11,974 bases of DNA from Candidatus Zixiibacteriota bacterium (GTDB taxonomy: Bacteria > Zixibacteria > MSB-5A5 > CAIYYT01): contig JBECKX010000168.1 in the NCBI GenBank assembly GCA_040235515.1, positions 1-11,974 on the forward strand. The letters are read 5' to 3'. Each line of letters starts with the position of its first letter. Position 1 is the stretch's first letter. Under the pieces are notes generated by a model that worked only from the letters and a program-made list of their open reading frames with translations, was not told the DNA's origin and searched no databases. Of the stretch, positions 1-7,845 are shown piece by piece. Position numbers and translations under genes: made by a program.

Positions 1-82
1 GCGTGTGATTGTGCAAGTGAACGAAGTCAGCCAGTGGCCTGGTGCCCTCACTCGATTTCTTCGTTGCTGATTTCGGTGTCAA
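1..82 (-). CDS. dnaE: Probable DNA polymerase III alpha subunit, N-terminal fragment (PHP domain start), running off the left edge
   Basis: My translation of the minus strand from TTG at 82-80 gives (M)TPKSATKKSSEGTRPLADFVHLHNHT. FVHLHNHT is the typical DnaE N-terminal PHP motif. The TTG overlaps the rhomboid TGA stop (TTGA). An alternative in-frame CTG start lies at 34. Only 27 codons are visible. Confidence 0.75.
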   Translation of the reverse strand, partial: MTPKSATKKSSEGTRPLADFVHLHNHT

Positions 83-771
83 TTCCAGAACCCCCAAATC
101 TTCGGTCGTTTTCTGGTAAGTTTGAAGTAGAAATATCCAAAGGCAAATCCGCCGATGTGAGCGAACCAGGCTGTGCCGCCTGATGCCCCGGCGAATAGTC
201 CGAATAGTCCGCTAAGAATCTGGATCGCGATCCAGAACCCAAGAAGGATCTTTGCCGGCACGCGTACGAATTGAATGAAGATTCCGAGAATCAACAAAGT
301 CTGAATCCGCGCCTGCGGATAGAGTACCAGGTACGCCCCCAACAATCCGGCGATCGCACCTGATGCCCCGATCAGGGGAATATCAGAATTCGGGTCGGTG
401 ACGGTGTAAAGCCCGATCGCAAAAATCCCGGAGATCAGGTAGAATCCGATATACTTCACCGGTCCGAAGAAGTCTTCGATGTTGTTCCCGAAGATCCAGA
501 GGTAGAGCATATTGAAGATGAGGTGAAAAAAGCCGCCATGCAGGAACATGCTGCTGAAGACCGTTACACCATACGGCACCGCCAATTGTGCATACACCTG
601 CACGAAATGGGTGTACTCTACCGGAATGAAGGCCCACTTGTAGATGAAGACATTCTGCGCCTGCGCCGGCAAATAAATCTGATAGAGATGTATCAGCAGG
701 TTGATAACAATCAGACCAACCGTCACCGCTGGAAAGCGGCGGGTTGGAACTTCATCACGAAGTGGGATCAT
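79..771 (-). CDS. Rhomboid family intramembrane serine protease
   Basis: Motifs SMFLHGGFFHLIFNMLYLWIFG, catalytic GASG and AHIGGF, with multiple hydrophobic TM segments. Confidence 0.96.
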   Translation of the reverse strand: MIPLRDEVPTRRFPAVTVGLIVINLLIHLYQIYLPAQAQNVFIYKWAFIPVEYTHFVQVYAQLAVPYGVTVFSSMFLHGGFFHLIFNMLYLWIFGNNIEDFFGPVKYIGFYLISGIFAIGLYTVTDPNSDIPLIGASGAIAGLLGAYLVLYPQARIQTLLILGIFIQFVRVPAKILLGFWIAIQILSGLFGLFAGASGGTAWFAHIGGFAFGYFYFKLTRKRPKIWGFWN

Positions 772-779
772 AGTTCGTC

Positions 780-807
780 AATATAGTCAGAGTCGTGCCG
801 AGGGCAA
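780..807 (-). promoter_or_regulatory. Putative sigma70-type promoter directly upstream of the rhomboid gene
   Basis: Minus strand reads TTGCCC (807-802), 16 nt, TATATT (785-780), 8 nt, ATG (771). No Shine-Dalgarno sequence is present. Confidence 0.4.
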
Positions 808-839
808 GGAAGCTGTAGTGCTTTGAGAACGCATCTCAT

Positions 840-2873
840 CTATTTCTTGCCGGAAACCGTGAAACCGCCATCGTAGATACGGGTATTCCCCGCCTTGTCG
901 GTAGCCTTTATTACGAGCGTGTGTTCGCCCGGCTTGAAGTCGAAGTAAGATTCTGCGGTCACGCGGTCAGACTCAAAATCGTAGACCGCCGGGATCCAGC
1001 GGCCGTCGATGCGAATATCGATATCTTCACCGATCCCCGACATCTCGTCGCGGATGACGCAGGATACCTTCGGACGTGCATTCGCCAGCACTGCGCCCCG
1101 CTGAGGACTGATCTGCCGGATCGAGGGCGCGACATCGTCAGTTCGTACCGTCACCTTCCCCAGAGTGTACGACTTCAACTCCAGCCGCCTACCATCCCCC
1201 GATCGTTTGGCGCCCAGGTAGTAGAGTTTGCTACCACCATCCGCATAGAATTCAGCACCCGCAGGCAACACTTCATCGGAGTCGTACCGATAGCTCACCT
1301 GCTTCGCCAGCGGCATCTCGTTAGGGTAGAGAGCGTAAGTAATGCCGTCTCGCGATTGCAGCGTATCAATTCGGAAAAAATCATGCGAATCGAAGGAATA
1401 GAACAGCTCACTACGTGGGGGGAACGTCACGATCAGCCGCCCATCCTCCGATACGAGCTTCCCCTCACCACCCGTAGTTCCGGCCCAGGGATAGCGGTAG
1501 GGACATGGAATCGTCGAGTAACATGCCGCGCCGACGGCATCATGAAGCGCAACGGAAAGTGATGCATCAGCGCCGGGCGGGACGCTCCGCACCAATTCCC
1601 CTACGTCAATCAAGTAGTAGCCGTTGCCCAACTCATGCACGTCGACCGCCCCGGGGGGATCCTCACTTCCGAGGGAAACCCTGATCAGCTTCGGGCTCAG
1701 ATCCCTTGATCTGATCAGCAGGTACAACTGGTGTCCCGCTGGGATCAAAGACGCCACCAGGGTCGTATCCATAAAACCGGCATCGGTTAACAAAAGCTGC
1801 AGCTTCCTGTAATCGGGCTTCAGCACGGGGAAATTCGCTGCAAGGAGCGAATCGGGCATGAAATCCACCTCAGCCCGCGATACATTCCCCGCCACGTCAC
1901 GGGCTATGATCAGTGCCGGCTGGCTCATGTCATCAACTGCAGAGCAGATACCATCAAGCAGCAGATCGTACTTCGAGTAGCTGTTCGGCACGAAATTGTA
2001 GAAGTAATCATCCCCTTCATTGGCTGCCTGGAAGTTACGATCGATTTCGATGCGATAGCCTTCCTCGAACGGTAGTGCGTCGTAAGCCAACTGGTACAAA
2101 GTCCGGCCTGCATGCTCAAGCTCGACGAAGTAGGTCGGCTTGTCCCAACGGTTGCGGCTGACAAAGTCGACGACCTCCGCCGCAAACCAGTAGGGGCGGC
2201 CACCACAGGGGAGCGGGTGGGCGAGACGGTAGATGCCGTCTGAACCACGCTTGAAGCTTTGTTTGACATTCCACCCAAGTGCCTCAGCCAGCGCGGTATT
2301 GCCAAGCCCAACCAGGCGAAACTTCTCAAAACGGGGTGACGATGTATCCTCAACCTCCAGTCCTTTGAACTTTAGGGGGTTGATCGGCACGTTTTCCGGC
2401 GTCCTGATTTCGAAATGGAGATGCGGCGCGCCTACCCCGGTTGAGCCGCTGTAGCCAACCAGCCCCCCGCGTGCAACCGGAAACTGCGATGCGGACGGAT
2501 ATAGGTCCTGCTTGTAGCTTTCCGAAGCAATCTGCTGCTGCAGTACCCACGCCTCGACTTCCGGCGGAAACTGACTCAAGTGCCCGAAAACCGCCGTGTT
2601 GCCATCTTTCATCTGCAGATAGATCGCTTTGCCATAACCATAGTAAGAGGTTCTCACACGCGAGATGTAGCCCGCTTCCGGGGCGACAACTTTCTTGCCG
2701 ATAACCCCACCGGTGCGAACATCAAGACCGGCATGGTAGCGACGGGTACGCGACCCCCCAAAGCAGGAGCTTAGTTCGTTGCCATAAGGTAGCGGCCAGA
2801 GATAGTCGGCACTGGCGACGCCGCAGCACGAGATTTCGACAAAAACTATCAGGAGAAGTGTGAGTCTTTTCAT
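840..2873 (-). CDS. Exported M23 family zinc metallopeptidase with long C-terminal extension ending in an Ig-like domain
   Basis: N-terminal signal peptide, HAGLD (HxxxD), GYGKAIYL, FGHL and PHLHFEIR (HxH) motifs. The C-terminus is Ig-like (DDVAPSI...GEHTLVIKATDKAGN). Confidence 0.93.
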   Translation of the reverse strand: MKRLTLLLIVFVEISCCGVASADYLWPLPYGNELSSCFGGSRTRRYHAGLDVRTGGVIGKKVVAPEAGYISRVRTSYYGYGKAIYLQMKDGNTAVFGHLSQFPPEVEAWVLQQQIASESYKQDLYPSASQFPVARGGLVGYSGSTGVGAPHLHFEIRTPENVPINPLKFKGLEVEDTSSPRFEKFRLVGLGNTALAEALGWNVKQSFKRGSDGIYRLAHPLPCGGRPYWFAAEVVDFVSRNRWDKPTYFVELEHAGRTLYQLAYDALPFEEGYRIEIDRNFQAANEGDDYFYNFVPNSYSKYDLLLDGICSAVDDMSQPALIIARDVAGNVSRAEVDFMPDSLLAANFPVLKPDYRKLQLLLTDAGFMDTTLVASLIPAGHQLYLLIRSRDLSPKLIRVSLGSEDPPGAVDVHELGNGYYLIDVGELVRSVPPGADASLSVALHDAVGAACYSTIPCPYRYPWAGTTGGEGKLVSEDGRLIVTFPPRSELFYSFDSHDFFRIDTLQSRDGITYALYPNEMPLAKQVSYRYDSDEVLPAGAEFYADGGSKLYYLGAKRSGDGRRLELKSYTLGKVTVRTDDVAPSIRQISPQRGAVLANARPKVSCVIRDEMSGIGEDIDIRIDGRWIPAVYDFESDRVTAESYFDFKPGEHTLVIKATDKAGNTRIYDGGFTVSGKK

Positions 2874-2994
2874 TTCAACGAAGTACGCAGGTTTCGATCC
2901 AAGCTTGTAACGGTAGTATCAGGAGCATCCCCGCAACGAGATCGCGTCGAGTTTGCCGGACACCAATCGCAGTTCCCGCTGTTTCCAACAGCAT

Positions 2995-3765
2995 TCAGAT
3001 GATGCCTGTTCCCAGGCCGAGCGCGATGATAATCAACATAAATGATACAAGCAACTGAACAGTACGAAGCGTCACTTTGTGCAGCAGTTGCCGTCCCAGC
3101 AGTGCCCCCGCGAACGCGGAGAGCATCGGGGCAACTATCAAACCGGGCTGCTCAGGAGTGGTCAATCTGAAATGCGTGCCGTAGACAGCGAGACGCACCA
3201 GATCAACCAGCACCGAGATCACGATGCCCGTGCCGATGAATGTCTCTTTCTTGAGTCCCGCCTTGATCAGGAATGCGCTGCGGAGTGCCCCCTGATGACC
3301 CGACAAACCGCCGAAGAAACCGCTCAGTATCCCGCCCAGCGGCAGGTAGCGCGGGTCAAAACTCAGCTTGGCGAATCTTGGAACACCTTCGAGGATGGCA
3401 AAAGCGATCATCAGTATCGCAATCACGAACGCCAGCGGATTGACGCTGCGCAACTCGCCCATCATCCTGTATTCAAATATGGGATCGAAATCCACCAGGC
3501 TGGTCATCAGGTAGGCGCCGATGAAAGCGCAGATGACCGCCGGCACACCAAACTTGAGCACGACCGAGCGCTCTGCGTGTCTGCCGAGCAAGGCGAGCTT
3601 GAACAGGTTGTTGGCCAGATGCACGACCGCAGTTTGGGCGACAGCGATATCAAGCGGAAAAAACAATGCAAACGCAGGCATCAGCAGCGTTCCCAGTCCA
3701 AAGCCGGAAAAGAGAGTCAGTCCCGATACCAGGAGCGCCACGGCGCAGATGATTAGGTAGTCCAT
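2995..3765 (-). CDS. Sulfite exporter TauE/SafE (TSUP) family membrane protein
   Basis: 256 aa and highly hydrophobic, with two Gly-rich repeats (LFSGFGLGTLLMP; SGFFGGLSGHQGALRSAFL). Confidence 0.88.
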   Translation of the reverse strand: MDYLIICAVALLVSGLTLFSGFGLGTLLMPAFALFFPLDIAVAQTAVVHLANNLFKLALLGRHAERSVVLKFGVPAVICAFIGAYLMTSLVDFDPIFEYRMMGELRSVNPLAFVIAILMIAFAILEGVPRFAKLSFDPRYLPLGGILSGFFGGLSGHQGALRSAFLIKAGLKKETFIGTGIVISVLVDLVRLAVYGTHFRLTTPEQPGLIVAPMLSAFAGALLGRQLLHKVTLRTVQLLVSFMLIIIALGLGTGII

Positions 3766-3798
3766 CGGTTTGCTTAGCCACCCTCAGGGTGAAGTTGC

Positions 3799-4836
3799 TT
3801 AGAACAGTTCGTAATTCTCGCCGAGGGCTGTCTTGTGGCGGAGGAGTTCAACTTTGCGGGCTGTTGCCTGATCGCTACGGAAGTCTTTGTGCATATACTC
3901 GGCATCATACCCCATTTCGCGCAGTAGCTTGGCGAACCTGGCCTCGCCATGAAGTGTATAGATCTTGTGCGGTTTGCAGCGCTCGATGTAGCTGATCAAT
4001 TGCGAGAAATCGGCATGATCCGATAGCGGAACACCTAAGTCAGCCCCGAAACCGCGCCTTCTTCCGCTCTGTGACCAGCCACTGAGAAAGAGTGAGCGGG
4101 TGCGTCTGATCGCCTTGTATTCTTCCTTGCGCAATGTTTGCGGCGTTACAACCAATACCCTGGATTTCAACGTTTGCTCATCCAGATCGCCATACGCCGG
4201 TGTCGATCCCAGCTTCACGCCGGCCTTGCGATAAAGCTCAGTCACTCCGGCTACGTTTGGATCGACGGCGACCTCAAAATTGTGCTTCTGCATGAGCGAG
4301 ATTGCTTCCTGTGATTTCCCCATCGCATAGCCGACCAGCACCGGAATGTAGCCATCCATCTGCGCTCGCCGAACGAACGCTACGATGCGCGTATAGACTT
4401 CGTTCTGGGGAGGAAACGAATATGCCGGATCACCGTAGGTCGATTCCATGATCAGGATATCGCAGCGCTTATGTTCCAGCGGAGCGCAGGTGAGGTTAGG
4501 GTAGACTTTGAAGTCGCCTGTGTAGACGATGCGCGTCCCACCGACATCAACCAGAATCTGCGCCGAACCAAGCATATGGCCGGCGGAAAAAAGCTCGACG
4601 GTCGCTTTGCCGAATTTTACGCGGCGCTGCAACGGGACCGCCCTGACCGAAACCTGCGGATAGCGATCACGATACAGCAGCGCAGTCTCCGGGGTCGCGA
4701 TGATGCGCGTGTGGCGACGTGCATGATCGGAGTGCGCGTGCGATACGAAGGAGTAATCACACTTGCGGTGCGCGTCGAGACGAAACTCAAGCCCCTCGAT
4801 CGAAATCCCATTATCGTACTTGATTAAAGGCGCCAT
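3799..4836 (-). CDS. Metallo-beta-lactamase fold, beta-CASP nuclease (similar to ligase-associated DNA damage response exonucleases)
   Basis: Motifs SHAHSDH, AGHMLGSA, YTGDFK, MESTYG, GYAMGKSQE, LSDHADF and TLHG. I prefer the ATG start at 4836; the ORF track extends to a TTG at 4860. Confidence 0.88.
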   Translation of the reverse strand: MAPLIKYDNGISIEGLEFRLDAHRKCDYSFVSHAHSDHARRHTRIIATPETALLYRDRYPQVSVRAVPLQRRVKFGKATVELFSAGHMLGSAQILVDVGGTRIVYTGDFKVYPNLTCAPLEHKRCDILIMESTYGDPAYSFPPQNEVYTRIVAFVRRAQMDGYIPVLVGYAMGKSQEAISLMQKHNFEVAVDPNVAGVTELYRKAGVKLGSTPAYGDLDEQTLKSRVLVVTPQTLRKEEYKAIRRTRSLFLSGWSQSGRRRGFGADLGVPLSDHADFSQLISYIERCKPHKIYTLHGEARFAKLLREMGYDAEYMHKDFRSDQATARKVELLRHKTALGENYELF

Positions 4837-4880
4837 AGAGTGGATGCCACCTGCCGGCAAAGGCTGGCGGGTGCTCGTGT

Positions 4881-5771
4881 TCAGCTCTCTTTCTGCATAT
4901 CCCCGTAATAGTATCGCATTGCGGACGGAGTCGCGGTCAGATCGGGGTCACACATGTAATCAAAGTATGTCTCGATCACGCCGAAGTGTCCCTTGAAGAA
5001 CAGGAAGCCCGCCTTGCCCTTCAACTCGAGTCGACTCGGCATGTAAACAGACTCGCCGCCCAGATCGATCAACTCGTAATCCAGTTGAAAATCAAGGCGG
5101 TGCACCATGGTCGGTAACTTTGCCGGACGAAAGGCGAGGCGCAAAACCCCGAAGGTCTCCGAGTCGATCCAGTAAGTCGCCTTGATATGTTTCTGGTCCT
5201 CCACGCTCGAAGTCGCCTCGATCACATAGAATGACCGCAATTGTTCTACCGCCTCATCGACGGTGATCGGCTGACCACTAGAGTCTTTTTCGGTGACTGC
5301 CCCCGGTATTGTGGCAAACACGGAATCGCGCGTAGCCACCAACTCGTACGAGTAATCAGCCCGACCCGCTTCAGTCATCGGGTCGACGTAATTGTCGCGT
5401 GAGCCCTTCTCATCATCCTCCTGCTCCTCACGCCACTTCTTGTTCATCTCCGCAACTTTATCCCGGATTTTCTTCGCTGCCACAGGCTCGCCGTCAATAT
5501 CCATCGCCAGCACCTCAGCCGATTCCACGCTGTCGACATGGTAGACCTTCATCGTGAGGGTCCTGACTTCCTTCGGATTGTAGTCTCCATCATACTTGAA
5601 TTCTTTCTTGATGGCGGAGTTGGTATAGCTCTTACAAGTCTGTTTGTCGGCGGCGAGTTTGGCAATCGCATTCGTGATGATCTGGTCAACGTCCGTTTGC
5701 GCGCTTGCAACGGTTGCGAACAAAAGCACCGTAAGGCAGACGCCCATCATATATCGCAGACAGCTATGCAT
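4881..5771 (-). CDS. Hypothetical exported protein, beta-strand-rich C-terminal half
   Basis: 296 aa ORF co-oriented with its neighbours, starting 5 nt after the upstream stop. Sec signal peptide ending ASA|Q. No family could be assigned confidently. Confidence 0.8.
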   Translation of the reverse strand: MHSCLRYMMGVCLTVLLFATVASAQTDVDQIITNAIAKLAADKQTCKSYTNSAIKKEFKYDGDYNPKEVRTLTMKVYHVDSVESAEVLAMDIDGEPVAAKKIRDKVAEMNKKWREEQEDDEKGSRDNYVDPMTEAGRADYSYELVATRDSVFATIPGAVTEKDSSGQPITVDEAVEQLRSFYVIEATSSVEDQKHIKATYWIDSETFGVLRLAFRPAKLPTMVHRLDFQLDYELIDLGGESVYMPSRLELKGKAGFLFFKGHFGVIETYFDYMCDPDLTATPSAMRYYYGDMQKES

Positions 5772-5776
5772 GTTTC

Positions 5777-7777
5777 CTAAGACTCCGGTTCATTCAAGAT
5801 CGTGATAGATGTTATGCTGTCCCCCACCAGCGCTTGATCGACGATATCCATTCCCGCGACGACCTGTCCGAAAAGCGTGTAGCGGCCGTTTAAGTGTGGC
5901 TGAGGGGATTGACAGATAAAATACTGACTCCCTCCCGTGTCCTTGCCGGCGGTAGCCATGCCGAGCGCTCCGCGGATGTATGGCTTCGGGTTGTCTTCGC
6001 TGCGAATCTCGTAACCGGGTCCGCCCCAGCCGTCACCGCGCGAACAACCGTCCTGAATCACGAAATCCGGCACCACGCGATGCCAGACGCGGTCGTTATA
6101 GTACCCCTTCCGACACAAATCAAGGAAATTATAAACCGTCTTCGGGGCCACGTCCGGATACAGCTCCAGTTCAATTGTGCCGCGCGCGGTCGTAATCGCA
6201 ATCCTCGGATTTTCATCCTGCCACATGGTGTAGATGCTGTCATAGTTGTTCACCGTCACCATCGACTCGTAATAGGGCTTACGCAGCTCGTACGGCACAC
6301 CATACTTTTCGGCAAGCCGCTGACCACGCTTTCTGATAGAATAATCCCGGTCGGTGAGGGCGCGATTGGCCAGTTCTGTAACTATGTCCGACTTCGGCAG
6401 GTCAATCGGGAATTCAATCAGACAGTCGAGCAGGGAGGACTTGACATCCGGGTCGCCATCGGGCCGATAGCGGGTGAAAACGCGCTGGATGTAGGAGGTC
6501 AACGTATCCACGACAATCTTGTTGCACGCGGTCGCCACAAGCATGATATCCTCATCAGCCAGTGCCAGCGGGATAAAACGCTGGTTGAGTGTGTCGCTAT
6601 CGAGTTGCAGCAGCAAGTCGACCGCTTCGGCGCGAACCATTGCTACGCTGTCACGCGAAAGAAACTCCAGAATCCCGATGGCGCCGGGAAAGTCTCCCAG
6701 CGAACCACAGGCTTGCGCGGAGGCCAACCTGTGACGCGGATTGGGGGATGCAGCCATAATCTGAACCGCCGGGAATGCCGTCTGACCTGAGAGCTTTGCC
6801 AGCGCGAGCAGCGCGTCGGTCTGGAATGGATCGTCGTTATCCTGCAGGATCTCGACGATTTGCATCGCCGTGTTGAGATCCCCCAACTCTCCTGCGGCCT
6901 GAATCGCCTGCTGACGAACGTATTGATTCGTAGTCGTGCCGGTCAGATTCATGATCAGAGGCAGAAGTGACTTCGCACCGAGTCGCACCGAGGTCAGCAA
7001 CGCATGGTACTGCACTCGCCAGTTGACCTCCGGGAGCAGAAACTCCTCTAACTCAGCAACAGAGGAACTGTCGGCGATCCGGCCGAGTGCGCGCAGAGAA
7101 GATATCACGATTTCGTCATCCTTCTCCCGCAAGCCGAGGCGGAACAGTGGCTGTGCGCTCGCTTTGGCCCGTCGCGACAGGGAGTAGTAGACGGCGCGCT
7201 TGATCTGCGGCGATTCGCTCGCCGCCTGGGCAATCAAGGCGTTGAAAGAAGCGTCATCCTTGAAACGGAACATCGACTCTGCCGCCAACGCACGGAGCGA
7301 CTCCGACTCATTCTCATCGTTGAGCAGGTGAGACAATCTGGCTGATGCCTTCTCGCTATCATAATTGCTGAGCGCAACCAGTGCATTAGCCTTCACGGCA
7401 GGATCGGGATCAACCGAAAGATTGAGGAGTGATGCCTCAAGCGCCGTGTCTGCCAGTTGCCCGGCGGCAAACGCTGCCTCCGCCCGCACCACGACGTTCG
7501 TATCCGCTAACAGTTTGAGCAGGTAGGGAGAATTTGCCGTATCCCCCACCGCCCCGATAGCGTAGGCCAGCCGTCGACGAACTTCGATGCTCTCGCTTAC
7601 CAGCCAGGTCTCGATATCGAGCTTTTGCAGATTTCGTTGATCCTCGGCGATAGCCAGCGCCAGAAGCTCATCGCGATGGCTATCCGTGTCACTGCAACCG
7701 ACACAGGCCAGCGCTGCAACCGCAGCAGCCAGAAGCGTCAGGAATAGCATGCTCCACAGAGCTTGATAATCTCTCAT
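5777..7777 (-). CDS. HEAT-repeat lipoprotein fused to a C-terminal cyclophilin-type peptidyl-prolyl isomerase
   Basis: Lipobox-like CVGC after a hydrophobic stretch. HEAT repeats (VRRRLAYAIG, VRAEAAFAAGQL, VRQQAIQAAGEL). Cyclophilin motifs APKTVYNF, WHRVVPDFVIQDG, GALGMA, DTGGSQYFI and YTLFGQVV. Confidence 0.94.
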   Translation of the reverse strand: MRDYQALWSMLFLTLLAAAVAALACVGCSDTDSHRDELLALAIAEDQRNLQKLDIETWLVSESIEVRRRLAYAIGAVGDTANSPYLLKLLADTNVVVRAEAAFAAGQLADTALEASLLNLSVDPDPAVKANALVALSNYDSEKASARLSHLLNDENESESLRALAAESMFRFKDDASFNALIAQAASESPQIKRAVYYSLSRRAKASAQPLFRLGLREKDDEIVISSLRALGRIADSSSVAELEEFLLPEVNWRVQYHALLTSVRLGAKSLLPLIMNLTGTTTNQYVRQQAIQAAGELGDLNTAMQIVEILQDNDDPFQTDALLALAKLSGQTAFPAVQIMAASPNPRHRLASAQACGSLGDFPGAIGILEFLSRDSVAMVRAEAVDLLLQLDSDTLNQRFIPLALADEDIMLVATACNKIVVDTLTSYIQRVFTRYRPDGDPDVKSSLLDCLIEFPIDLPKSDIVTELANRALTDRDYSIRKRGQRLAEKYGVPYELRKPYYESMVTVNNYDSIYTMWQDENPRIAITTARGTIELELYPDVAPKTVYNFLDLCRKGYYNDRVWHRVVPDFVIQDGCSRGDGWGGPGYEIRSEDNPKPYIRGALGMATAGKDTGGSQYFICQSPQPHLNGRYTLFGQVVAGMDIVDQALVGDSITSITILNEPES

Positions 7778-7784
7778 ACGGGAG

Positions 7785-7813
7785 AGAGTAATCGATCAGT
7801 GGGGATATGACAA
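7785..7813 (-). promoter_or_regulatory. Putative sigma70-type promoter directly upstream of the HEAT/cyclophilin gene
   Basis: Minus strand reads TTGTCA (7813-7808), 17 nt, TACTCT (7790-7785), 7 nt, ATG (7777). No Shine-Dalgarno sequence is present. Confidence 0.55.
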
Positions 7814-7845
7814 GATTGATTTATTGGCGAGATTCTGATTCCGAA

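Noticed and set aside
192..210. Tandem 9-nt repeat CGAATAGTC x2
   Set aside because: It lies in frame within the rhomboid gene (GLFGLF) and has only two copies, so it is neither a CRISPR nor a contingency repeat.
823..837. Hairpin TGAGA-acgca-TCTCA after the M23 stop
   Set aside because: A 5-bp AT-rich stem with no U-tract on the coding strand is too weak to call a terminator.
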